Below are positions 41,202 through 52,491 of a DNA stretch of 64,000 nucleotides, piece after piece. Within the stretch, counting starts at the first letter, position 1. Each line of letters opens with the position of its first letter. The notes under the pieces were generated by a model, which searched no databases, was not told the origin of the DNA, and saw nothing but the letters and a program-made list of their open reading frames with translations. Origin of the DNA: Endomicrobiales bacterium (lineage in GTDB: Bacteria > Elusimicrobiota > Endomicrobiia > Endomicrobiales > CAWCFT01); assembly GCA_963794945.1 (NCBI GenBank), contig CAWCFT010000012.1, positions 32,083 through 96,082 on the forward strand, written 5' to 3'. A program made the translations under genes and the position numbers.

Positions 41202-43087
41202 ATGCCTGAAAATGAAATAGAAAAAGAACTCTATCCAATCCCGTTACTGACGGAGCAGGAAAACGACCAAAAGATCATCGATTCGCCGGAGATGATCGTA
41301 AGGGACCTGCTTAAAACAGAGAAAGACATCGCTCTTGAGACCCTGCGGCTTATGCGTTCGAGGTATGAGAAAGAACGACTTGAGTGGGAAAAACTCTATG
41401 GCGGGAAAGAGAATGAAATAAATAACCTTAAGAAGAAGCTTGACGAAAGCGAATCCCGCCTTGGACGCGTAAGAGCGCAGCTCGATGATGAAAAACAAAA
41501 CCTTGTAGAGGGACTGCGCCAGAAAGGAACAGAATCGAGACCCACCGATTGGCTGACAAGAAAAAATGGGAACTGATAGGCGAGGAAGTGAAAGGTTTCA
41601 GGGAAACAACACAGAATGTTCAGTCAAGACTCGCGGCTGAACAGGAATACATGGCGGGAGTTAAGAAAGAAGCGTTAAAAAGAGAGAAGGTGCTGTATGA
41701 ACGCATAAACGCTAAAGACGATGATATCGCGAAGCTCAAGGAACAGCTTCTTGCGAAAGAAGAAATATTGTTAAAGTACAGGTCGGAAAAAGACGAAGAG
41801 GTCCGCCTGCTGCACGATAAACAGGAAGCCCTGAACAGCACGCTGGAAAGCGAAAAACTGGAAAAAGGTAAAGTAATAGAGAAGAAAGACACTGACCTCG
41901 ACAGCCTGAAGAAAGCTTTGCAGGATATGGTCATACAGCTCAACCTCGAAAGGATGAAGAAAGATGAGGCCCTTGAGAATTCCCAGAAACAGATACAAAG
42001 GATAGCCGAGCTGGAAGAAGAGCTAAAGAAAACGACGCAGAAATATGAGACCGACAGGGCTGAGTACGCGGCGTCTTATAAAGAGGAGCAGTCATCTTGG
42101 GAAAAGTACAAAAAGGAATTTATCACGAGAGAAGAAACACTGCGGCATGAGACTGAAGAACAGGTAACGCGTATCTTAAAATCTGTCGAGATAATAGAGC
42201 AGCAGCTGGCAGAAGAGCAAGGCCAGAGAAAGGCAGCCGAAGACAAACTTAAGCTAAAAGATGATGAGATACAAAAGCTTGTGGCCCAGAAAGACGAGAT
42301 AACCATAGAATGGAGAAAGATGCTTGCTGCTGAACAGGAGCTGCGTCTGAAGCGCCAATCAGAGATACTCGCGGAGTTTGACAAGGTCAAATCGGCCAGG
42401 GAAGAGGATTTCAGGATACTAAGAAACGAGATCAGTAACCTTCAGGCAGCGCTTGCCGAAGAAAATAAACTCTTTATTATGGAAAGAGAGCAGAGTAAAC
42501 AGCTTATGCAGAAGGTTGCGTACCTTGAAGAAAGCAGGCAGAGCCTTATAACCCAGCTGGATTCCAAGGAAAAAACCTGGACAGCCGCCGTGGCTTCTGA
42601 ACAGGAAATGTTCAGAAAACAGATGGAAGAATCAAGGAATTCCGCGGAAGCCAATGTAAAGGCCCGCGACAGCGAGATTACCCGGCTTGATGAAGACATA
42701 AACATGCTCAACGGCCAAATACTTGAGCTAAGGCAGAAGCTTTCGTTAGAAAAAAATGAGAACAACAACAGGCTCGAGAGGATATCAGAGTATGAGGCTC
42801 AGATAAAAAGCCTCACCTCAAAATACAATGAGGAAAGGGCAGAATGGAGCCAGAAGTTCAAGTTTATACAAACGCAATGGGAACAGCAGCGCCAAAGCCT
42901 GCTGGATCATCAGAAGAATATAGAATCTCAACATAATAATGATATCAAATCTTACAACGAAAGAATAAAAGCCATGAGTGAGCGTATAAGTGGGCTTAGT
43001 GGCGATGCAGTCAGAGAAAGCGGTAATTTGCAAAACCAGCCAAGCGGGGAATTCAAGGGTAACGGCAAATATTATCCGCGTAAGTAA
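41202..43087 (+). CDS. Long cytoplasmic coiled-coil protein, ~625 aa (indels near 41525-41535)
   Basis: GGAG RBS. Continuous E/K/Q/L heptads with periodic Trp. No TM, signal peptide or Walker motif. Confidence 0.7.
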
Positions 43088-43133
43088 AAATTATTGTAAA
43101 ATTAGACATTTATATATTATTTTAGTAATTTGA

Positions 43134-43163
43134 TTGACTAGTAATTGAAGAATGTGTTATAAT
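43134..43163 (+). promoter_or_regulatory. Sigma70-type promoter
   Basis: TTGACT-18nt-TATAAT with an extended -10 TG. Confidence 0.65.
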
Positions 43164-43255
43164 ATCAGGCATAAATCAGTTTGGGGAGAAAAATGTTGTC
43201 AACTTCGGTAAACATCTTCCTTGAAATAAATACTTCAAAAACAAATATAAATAAC

Positions 43256-43290
43256 AACGCTCCCATCCCCCATGGGAGCGTTTATTTTTT
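43256..43290 (+). terminator. Intrinsic terminator-like hairpin between the promoter and the kinase gene
   Basis: AACGCTCCCAT-CCCCC-ATGGGAGCGTT (perfect 11-bp stem) followed by TATTTTTT. Confidence 0.75.
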
Positions 43291-43307
43291 GCTCAACAGG
43301 AATACTA

Positions 43308-44929
43308 ATGTATAAGATACTTGTTATCGATGATGAACCCGGTATACTTGACCTTTGCCATAGGGTTCTGACCCAGGAAGGCCACTCTGTCAGCGTTACA
43401 TCCAACGGTGAAGAGGGGTTGGAGCTCATGAATAAGGAATCTTTCGATCTTGTGCTCTCAGAACCTCAGGATGCCCGGAATAGACGGGATAAAACTGCTT
43501 AAAAAGATAAAGGAAACCTGTCCGCAAACTGAGGTGATAATCGTAACAGGACAAGCTACTATAGAAACTGCTGTAGAATCGCTCAAAGGCGGAGCTTTCG
43601 ATTATATACTCAAGCCTTTCAATATTAGCGAACTTATAACAGCGACACAGAAGTGCCTGGACTTCTCAAAACTAAGAAGACAGGAGAACATTTTCCGTGA
43701 AACCACTTATCTTTACCAGCTCACGCAGGAAGCAACAAGGACGAAATCCGAAAAAGCCCTCCTTAGCTTTATTCTTGAAAGAATGGCAAAAACACTGAAC
43801 GCAGAACGCCGGTTCAATATACATGATAGTCCCGAACAACGACAAACTCATCCCGATGGCAACTTTCGGAGATTTCAGCCAGGATAAGGAAACTGAGATC
43901 AAGCTTGGTGAGAAGATAGCTGGCTGGGCGGCGGGTGAGCGTAAAACGCTTATTCTTCATGACGGGCTAAAGAATACAGAGCAGTTCAAGGAACTATCAC
44001 CGCGGCCGGAAATAATTTCAGCTCTGGTCTCTCCGCTGCTCAATCAGGAGATGCTGTTGGGAGTTGTTTGCCTCAACAGGTTCAAATATCAGACGAATTA
44101 CCAATTTACTGAGCACGACCTGGAATCCCTTGAGATCTTCATGCTTCACTCTGCGCTAATAATAGTGGCGCTAAGGCACCAGCAGGCGTTAATAGAGCTG
44201 GATAATTTAAAGTCTGAGTTCCTTGCGAATGTTTCGCATGAGCTGCGCACTCCTCTTATGGCTATCAGCGGGGCTCTGGAGCTTTTAATGGGTTATTCCG
44301 AAAAGCTGGTTGAAGACGAAAAAAGCAAAATGTTCCTCGACCTTATGGTTAGGAATTCAGATCGTATGAGGTACCTCGTTAACGACCTGCTTGATTTTTC
44401 AAGGATGGAGACGGGCAGGATAAAACTGGTGAAAATGCCTTTTGACCTCTGCGAAGTTTTAAAGGAAATGACGAACGACCTGGCGATGAAAGCACAGGAG
44501 AAGAATATATCGCTTACGGCCGATATTGAGCCTGGCAGCAAGATAGAGGTGCTGGCAGATAGAGAAAGGATCAAACAGGTAATCGCGAACCTTGTTACGA
44601 ATGCCATAAAGTTCACTCCGGAAGGCGGGTCTGTTACCACCGGCTGCGTGCTGAAAGACCCGAAAAAGGTTGAATTTTACGTCAAAGACACGGGCAAGGG
44701 TATACCCGAGAACCTGTTCAAAAAGATATTTGAAAAATTCTACCAGATCGACGGCTCGGTCTCAAGAGTGCAGCAGGGGTTCGGCCTTGGGCTTGCCATT
44801 GTTAAATCGATCGTTGAATCGCACGACGGCAAGATAACGGTTGAATCTAAGCTGGGAATAGGCTCAACGTTCACAGTTAGTCTCCCGGCTGGCAATAATC
44901 ACAAAAAACACAACGCCGCTCTCGAGTAG
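43308..44929 (+). CDS. Hybrid histidine kinase REC-GAF-HisKA-HATPase (two +1 indels near 43460 and 43805)
   Basis: REC (ILVIDDE...MPG.DG...KPF), a GAF-like region, and VSHELRTPL, NLVTNAIKFT, DTGKGI and GFGLGLAI. Confidence 0.88.
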
Positions 44930-44959
44930 TTAAAATAGATCATCACACAGGAGGTTCAA

Positions 44960-45331
44960 ATGCCGGATAAGAAAAGCAGTATCATGATCGTTGATGACGA
45001 ACCGGATATTCTCATCGTTCTCGGTGAGTTCTTGAGTAAAGAGGGTTTCAAGGTTCTCACCGCTAAAGACGGCAGGCAGGCAATAGAAAAGCTTAAGGGA
45101 AATAAAGTTGACCTAGTGCTCCTGGATATGGCCATGCCCAACCTAAACGGTATAGAGACCCTAAGGGAGCTAAAAAAACTTAAGCCCGATGTGTCGGTGA
45201 TAATGATCACAGCTTACAGGGACGCGGAAAAGGTAGTAGAGGCTTTCAGGCTGGGGGCTTACGACTGCATATTCAAACCCTTCGACCTCAAATACCTGCG
45301 CCAGGCAGTCATGGCCAAGCTTCTCGAATAA
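44960..45331 (+). CDS. Single-domain response regulator (CheY-like)
   Basis: GGAGG RBS; VDDE, LLDMAMP, ITA and KPFD. Confidence 0.92.
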   Translation: MPDKKSSIMIVDDEPDILIVLGEFLSKEGFKVLTAKDGRQAIEKLKGNKVDLVLLDMAMPNLNGIETLRELKKLKPDVSVIMITAYRDAEKVVEAFRLGAYDCIFKPFDLKYLRQAVMAKLLE

Positions 45332-45364
45332 TCCTTGCCCTTTGAGTTAACCTGTCTCATAATT

Positions 45365-48300
45365 ATGAGATATTTATTAAAAGTACTGACCATTCTATGC
45401 CTTATTTCTCCATCCCTATTGGGTCTTACTACTCTACAGCAGGATACCGCCACCCAGTTCCAGGCCGGCACTCTCAACCAAACACAAATCCGCATCGGTT
45501 CAGCCGCAAGGCTTGAACTTCTTTTCGGGTTCTCACAGCTCCCAGATCCCAATCCCCCTGATGCGGCTGATCAAGTAGGGATGTGTTATGATCAGCAAAA
45601 AAATATTGTTATACTCTTTGGCGGAGAGAATAATAGTTCAATTTTCCTCAATAAGACTTGGAAACTTGACCCTACTGCAACGTCAGGTGAACCATGGGCA
45701 CCGATTTATTCTTCAACCGTACCTTATAGCAGGGCTGGAGCAGGAATGGCCTCTTTGGGTAATGGCCAAATTCTAATGTTTGGCGGTGTTGGCAATTCAT
45801 CTTATTTTTTTAATGATACCTGGATTTTTGATATTGCAAGCAACAACTGGTTGTTGCAAAATCCAACAGTCTCCCCACCAGCAAGACAAGATTTTGCTAT
45901 GGCGTCAGATACTACAACAGGCGAAGTGCTTCTTTTTGGAGGAACGGCAGGGGGGAGTTATTTTTCAGATACGTGGGTTTACGACACAACTAACAATTCA
46001 TGGACACAGCGCGCGCCATTAAGCAGCCCTACTGCAAGATCCGGAGCGGCTATAACATTCAACTCTGCGGATGGGAATTTTTACTTGTTTGGCGGGTATG
46101 ATGGTACGCAGGAAAAACAGGATGTGTGGAAGTATAACATAAACCTTGACACTTGGGGTTTTGTTGAACAGGGTTTGCCACAGTCAAGAGAAAACGCGTG
46201 CATGTGTTTCGATTCAAGGTATTCAAAAATCGTATTATGGGGTGGTGCACTAAACCATAGTAATAGTAGCTATGAAAATAGCAGCCAGATATGGTATTTT
46301 GACTCCTCTGTCTCATCATGGTATACAGGAGTACCCGCAAGCACACCTATGGCAAGGCAATCTTTTGGAATGAGTTATGTTCAGTCGCTTGACAAAATAT
46401 TTATTTTTGGAGGCAGGTGTTCTGATGGGAATAGGCATAATGATTCACAATACTATGCCTATCGCTCAACAGGTGATTTTACTTCAGCGGGGCTTGATGG
46501 GCTAAATAAGACTGCACCGTTTAAATGGTTGCAGCTTGCTGTGCCTTCATATACTGAAGATGCAAACACGAGCATGCAATTTCAGGTTGCCAGTTCACCT
46601 GACAACAATATCAACACATATTCACAATTTACAGGACCAGATGGCACGCCGGCTACTTTTTATACTATTAATACTAGCGCTGACTACATACCTTTTGACA
46701 TCACGCCTTCATCATGCACAGCTCGTTGGCTTAAATATAAAGTATATTTAGCATCAACTGACAACACGCCGCCCCATATACCGTCTATTGGTGATATAGC
46801 TCTTGCCTATAACTATACACCTTCCGCGCCAGTACTGAACAGCCCCCTTAATGGTTGTGACACGAATTACGTTTATCCCCAGTTTACATGGAATAGTGCT
46901 GTAGATTATGACTCGCCGGGAGACACATTAACCTATCAAATCCAGATTTTTCAAGCCAGTAATTTGACGGTGCCTATAATATCAACCGACTCCATTGCGG
47001 CATTAAGCTTCTCAACAGGCGCTGCGCTAGGTTTTGGAACATACCTGTGGCAAGTACGGGCTTTTGACGGGACTATGCCGTACGGTGTTTGGAGCAGTAC
47101 TTATACGCTTTATGTTGACACCATAGCTCCGAACGCCATCTCAACGCTTACGGCGCTTGAGGGGGCAATAAACAATCAGATAGAGCTTAACTGGATAAAT
47201 CCTAGCGACCAAACTCCCGCACCGGCTTATATAGCGCCCAATTATTATTATCATGTGGCCTATTCTTCTTCAGGACCGGTAACTTCAACAGGAACTCTTA
47301 GTGCATGCCAGTACCAGGACGGACAGGTATCGTCCTCATCCGGCACTCTACAAACAGCTAACGTAAACGGCCTTGCAACAGGAACAACATATTATTTTGC
47401 CGTATTTATTCAGGATGTGGCTGGGAACTATTCAGGTATTTCCACACCTTCATCGGTGTATGCCTGCACTAATTCGTCGCCTACTGTGTCGTTAAACCCG
47501 TTGAGCCCTTCTACGAGCTGGGCTACGGGTATTCAAACCATCAGTTGGACAGCTGGCGATCCAGATATAGGTGACATGCTGACATACTCTATTTACATTT
47601 CGAGCGATGCGGGGGTGGATTTTAATATAACGATTGCTTCCGGCCTTGTGAACGGGACGACATTCTTTTCATGGAACACTGAAACAGTGGTTAACGGCAG
47701 TCAATACAAGATAATGGTCAAGGCTCAGGATATAAGAGGTCTATATTTTCTGTTTGTAATGCCATCAACGTTCACTGTGTATAACCAGAACTATGCACCT
47801 TCGGTTGCCATAGTGTCGCCGCAAAACAATGTGGTATCATCAGGAACGCTAACAATTTCATGGGTTGTAACAGATGTAAACCTGACTGATACCCATACCT
47901 ACAATGTTTATATTTCATCAGATTCGGGTTCACATTACATCAATCTCGTTACGTCATCAACTCAAACATCTTATTCACTTAATACAAAGCTATATTCGAA
48001 CGGGGCGAATTATGCGATTCAGGTTACAGCCACAGACCAGGGCGGTCTTTCCGGAGGGGCTACCGTGGCATTCATGATAGGCAACAATAATCTGTCTCCG
48101 AACGCTTTTTCGCTTCTTGCTCCTGCTAACGGCAGCGCTACATCTCCTCTGAGCCTTGTGTTTTCATGGCAAAATAACGGAGCGCCGAATCCTTCGGATA
48201 CGCTCACCTATACCATATATTTTTCGACTAACTTGAGTTTTAACCCAGAGATCACGGTCACGCCCATAATGACTAACAGTTATCAAATTAATACTAATAT

Positions 48301-49202
48301 ACTGCCGCTGGAAGCGGTATATTACTGGAAAGTTACGGCGCAGGGCCCGCTTGGACTGGTAACTTACAGCAATAACGATATTGCCTGGTCGGTTTTATTG
48401 ACCCGTTCACAAGCTAACAGCGCTGACGGCAGGGTTCACGTCCAAATATTAGACGGCCTCCCGGCCAACGGCTATATTAAAGTTGATAAATATAATACCG
48501 ACGGGGATAATAATATAGCAGCGGCAAATAAGGACGTATTGGCTGACAGGAATATTAAGGTCATTGGAGATGATGTTTACCAGATATATATATGCGATGT
48601 GAACGGCAATAATATTGCGGCACCTTCCAAAAATAAGGCAGTCGAGACAACTTCGGCTGGCGCGGTAAATATTACCGCGTCAATTGTTTATATAGATCCA
48701 AACAACACAGGCTATTTTAACGGCACGCTGGTGCCGGTGTCTAACCTGCGAGGGGCCATGCTTAACACGGCCGCAGCTAAGTGGGAACTTGCGCCAAAAC
48801 CACCGGTAATATCAACAGCAAATAAAAACATTACAATGAGCATTTATCAGAACAGGGCTTCTGACCCTTGTGGGGGCGCTTATACCAGCTACAAAAATAT
48901 CTTCACTGACCAATTATCCAAACCCTTTCAGGGCCGGCAATGAAAGTACACGCATAAGGTACGTTCTCACGGAAGATATGGACATTACAGCCGCGATCTA
49001 CAGCCTGACGGGAAACCTTGTGTGGAAACAAGAATACAGCCAGGGCTCTACCGGCGCACAGGGCCAGCCCACGGGGTTTACGAACGAAATCCAATGGGAC
49101 GGCCGCAATGGCAACGGCGAGCTGGTTGCTAACGGGATGTACGTGCTTGATATATATTCTGGTTCCGAGAAACAGGTTAGAAAAATAGGTGTTGTAAAAT
49201 AG
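45365..49202 (+). CDS. Large secreted Kelch beta-propeller + Fn3/Ig protein with FlgD-Ig / T9SS-like CTD (+1 indel near 48855)
   Basis: Signal peptide, six (L/I)FGG...DTW Kelch repeats and Fn3/Ig repeats. CTD reads NYPNPF...IYSLTGNLV...WDGRNGNGELVANGMY. Confidence 0.8.
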
Positions 49203-49236
49203 AAAGTGCTATAAATTGATCTTTAACGGAGGTTCC

Positions 49237-49617
49237 ATGAAACGCAAGATCCTCATTGTAGACGATGAACGCGATATCGTAATCATACTAAAACTTGCCC
49301 TTGAAAAAGATGGGTACGAAGTGAGCGAGGCATACGACGGTCTTGAGGCATTAGAGAAAGTTGCTGCCAATAAACCTGATATAATTCTTCTCGATATTAT
49401 GATGCCAAGGATGGATGGGCATTCGGTGAACATAAAACTTAAGGAAAATCCAGTGACCTCAGGAATACCGGTAATTGTTATAACAGGCAGGGGCCAGCTT
49501 AAAGAGCTGATACAGGCAAGGCAGGAGATGCCTATAGCGGCATATCTGGAAAAACCGTTCACAGTTTCTATGCTTCTGGTAAAGATCAAGGAAGCGCTTG
49601 GAGAAAATAATAAATAA
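49237..49617 (+). CDS. Single-domain response regulator
   Basis: GGAGG RBS; VDDE, LLDIMMPRMDG, ITG and KPF. Confidence 0.92.
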   Translation: MKRKILIVDDERDIVIILKLALEKDGYEVSEAYDGLEALEKVAANKPDIILLDIMMPRMDGHSVNIKLKENPVTSGIPVIVITGRGQLKELIQARQEMPIAAYLEKPFTVSMLLVKIKEALGENNK

Positions 49618-51080
49618 TGATAAAGGCTCTGTGCCTGCTTATGATCCTATGTCTTTATGTCCCCCAGGCATTTGCTCTGCTGGACCAGTCGGCAAACGGC
49701 GGACAACCGGGGGAGTACCTTACTGAGTTGAGCGGCGGCGCGAGAGGGCTGGCATTGGGTCTGGCGCAGGTTTCTTTGGATGGCCAGGCGAACCTGCTTT
49801 ATTCAAACCCGGCAAGCATAGCGGGTATGGGCTGGAAAGAGGCCAGCTTTGACTTTCTTCCGCTTTTTGATCAAAGCCAATTTGCATCTCTATCTTTCGC
49901 ATGCCCGGTAGGTGGCCGGACAGCGCTTGGAGTAAGCCTTATGAGGCTGACATCGGGAGATGCCGAGAAAACAGATATTCTTGGACAAACGATTGGAACA
50001 TTTTCGGACCAGGAAACGGCGCTGATAGTGGGGGCAGGAATGAAATTAACGAGTGACCTATCATGCGGGCTTAGCGTCAAGATGGTGTCTCAGGATATTG
50101 ATACTTTGTCTGAAAACGGGTTCGGGGCGGATGTGGGGCTTGTATACCATTACGCTCCTGGGCATACGTGGGGGTTGAGCGTAATGAACGTAGTTGCACC
50201 TGTACTTGGGCCTGACAGATTCCCTTTGACTGTCAGAGGCGGTTTTTCACATAACATATTTATAAAAGACCTTTACTGGAATGGCGATGTGTCGGCACTG
50301 GATATTTTTACTGACCAGGTAGTGAACTGGTATACTGGGTTTGAATTTAACAGGCCTGAATGGTTTTTCTGGAGGCTGGGCGCCAACGAAAAACAATTTT
50401 CAGCCGGTTTCGGGGTGGGCACGAAGCAGATCGATATCGACTACGCTTTTGTTTATCACCCCTTGGAAACTCTGCAAAGTGTTTCGATGAATATTAGGTA
50501 CGGCTATCCCTCAACAGAAGCGGAACTGCGGGCTTTGCAAAAGATAGAAGAGATGAAAAAGGAAAAGGAAGAACTTTCTGAGGACGCGCGAAAACAGAAC
50601 GATGATATTAAGTTCGAGCGCGAGAGGCTTAACCGCGAGAAAAAGCTCGCTTTGAAGTTTATTGAAGCAAAAAAAGCATTTGAAGACAAAAAATATGCAG
50701 CTGCATCGGCAACACTTAAGGAAATACTAAAAGCCGACCCTGGATACGAAGAGGCAAAAGTGCTTTCTGATGTGATAAAGGCAAAACTAAGCTCGGAAAA
50801 TGTTGTCCTAAGGCTTCAGTACGCGAGGCAGGCATACAGCAAGGGCGCTTATAACGAAGCGAAAGACCACGTCAGCTTTGTGCTCGAGATGCAGCCGGAT
50901 AACCAGGAAGCTAGAGTGATCAGCTATTTGTCAGGTGCCCAGATATATCTTTCTAACAAAGAATTCAAAGAAGCCAAAGGCGAGTTAATAGAAGTATTAA
51001 AGATAGATCCCAATAACAACGAAGCGTCGCAGCTTCTAAAAAGGGTCCAGAATATTCTAGATATTTACGGTGGACAGTAG
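49617..51080 (+). CDS. PorV/PorQ-like barrel fused to coiled coil and TPRs
   Basis: Signal peptide; GARGLALG.A...LYSNPAS; barrel ending IDYAF..HPL; then a coiled coil and TPRs. Confidence 0.78.
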   Translation: MIKALCLLMILCLYVPQAFALLDQSANGGQPGEYLTELSGGARGLALGLAQVSLDGQANLLYSNPASIAGMGWKEASFDFLPLFDQSQFASLSFACPVGGRTALGVSLMRLTSGDAEKTDILGQTIGTFSDQETALIVGAGMKLTSDLSCGLSVKMVSQDIDTLSENGFGADVGLVYHYAPGHTWGLSVMNVVAPVLGPDRFPLTVRGGFSHNIFIKDLYWNGDVSALDIFTDQVVNWYTGFEFNRPEWFFWRLGANEKQFSAGFGVGTKQIDIDYAFVYHPLETLQSVSMNIRYGYPSTEAELRALQKIEEMKKEKEELSEDARKQNDDIKFERERLNREKKLALKFIEAKKAFEDKKYAAASATLKEILKADPGYEEAKVLSDVIKAKLSSENVVLRLQYARQAYSKGAYNEAKDHVSFVLEMQPDNQEARVISYLSGAQIYLSNKEFKEAKGELIEVLKIDPNNNEASQLLKRVQNILDIYGGQ

Positions 51081-51092
51081 AGGGTCATAATT

Positions 51093-52480
51093 ATGAGTCG
51101 AAATTGTTTAATTATCACCGCGTGCCTGCTCTTGTCAGCAGCATTTGTTTGGGCATCTTCTGATGATGCAAATATTTATTTCAATGCCGGGACGGAGAAG
51201 TACCTGCAAGGCAATTTCACCGAGTCTATAGAGAACCTGGAAAAAGCACAGGCGTTGGACCCTGGCAACGGCAAGATCAAAGAATTCATGGTCAAGATAC
51301 TGCTGGAGGCCGGCACGCAGAACCATATGACCAGGAACTACCGCCAGGCGTATATTTACCTGGAAAAAGCCCACAAACTTGACCCGGATAATCCTAAGGT
51401 TACGGAGATGTTCACCCTAACTAAAAGCCTTCTCAACCCGACTGCCGAGAAAATCGCGCCTAAAGAGCCCGTTGCCGCGCCGGCTCAGAAAAATATTGAA
51501 AAAAAGAAAAGTGAAAGCGCTCTTATGGAAGAAGCAGGCGCTGGCGAAAGAGCAAAAAAAAGCCGTGGTGGCTGCGGCCACAGCAGAACTCTCAAAGGGC
51601 GCGGATACAAGCTGAAGAGTTTTTAATCAGGAACCAGCAGTTGGGCAAAGGGCCGGTCGTGTTCGATCCGGCGAGGCTCAAAGAGTGGCAAATTTGGTTT
51701 TTCATTTTGTTGCTGCTTGGAACATCTCTCTCTACGGTTATACTTTTTACGATGTGGCTATACCGTTCAAGGGAAGCGAAAAATTATATGAGGCAGTTCA
51801 TAGGGATGGAAGAGGACCTGAGAAGTGCGGTGGAAAATTCTAACTCCTGCCGGGTGGAGCTTGAAAAGGCGAAGGAAAGCATTAAGTACGAGCACCAGAT
51901 AGCTGAAAATCTTCAAAATGAGCTTAAAGAGACGAACAAGAAAGACGAACAGCGCATAAAAATGGCAATAGAGCTCAAAACAAAAGAAACGGAAGAAAGA
52001 GTTAAGTCGGAAATGGTGGCAAAAATGAGAACGGACGGCGGACAGAAGGAACACTTCATTAATCACCAGCAGGAACGGTTCATGAAATACATTTCAGATA
52101 CATCCACGCCGGAAGAAGCGGAATCTGATCCGGTTCTGGCGTCGGCGCGGGAACGCATCGCGCTTATGGCCCAGAACCTGTACGAATACGCTCCTGTTGC
52201 CGCCGTAGATTTTATAAAAAAGATGGTAAAGAGCGATAATCCTTCAATAAGGACCAATATAGTGCAGGCTCTTGCTAACATTGCAAGGCAGGAAACATTC
52301 GAGATGCTGTTTGACCTCTACAATGACAGCGATCCCAGGGTAAAACGCGAAGTATTGAGGAACCTTAAAAGTTTAAATCAGAAAATAATGGCAGGGACAT
52401 TAACCCTGGACTCGAAACTGGGTTCCAAGATCAAACTTCTTATAAATGAAGAAAAAGACAGAGGCGAGTGGATATTCTAA
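51093..52480 (+). CDS. Bitopic protein: exported TPR, TM, cytoplasmic coiled coil and HEAT repeats (indels near 51555-51600)
   Basis: Signal peptide and TPRs in 51093-51626. TM, coiled coil and HEAT-like segments (DNPSIRTNIVQALANI; DSDPRVKREVLRNL) in 51641-52480. Confidence 0.65.
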
Positions 52481-52491
52481 CGGGATAAAAA

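Noticed and set aside
38926..43087. Zorya anti-phage system
   Set aside because: The A subunit is flagellar MotA-sized with no long ZorA tail, and no ZorC/D/E-like helicase or nuclease is adjacent.
41202..43087. SMC protein partnering scpAB
   Set aside because: No Walker A/B, signature motif or hinge, and too short.
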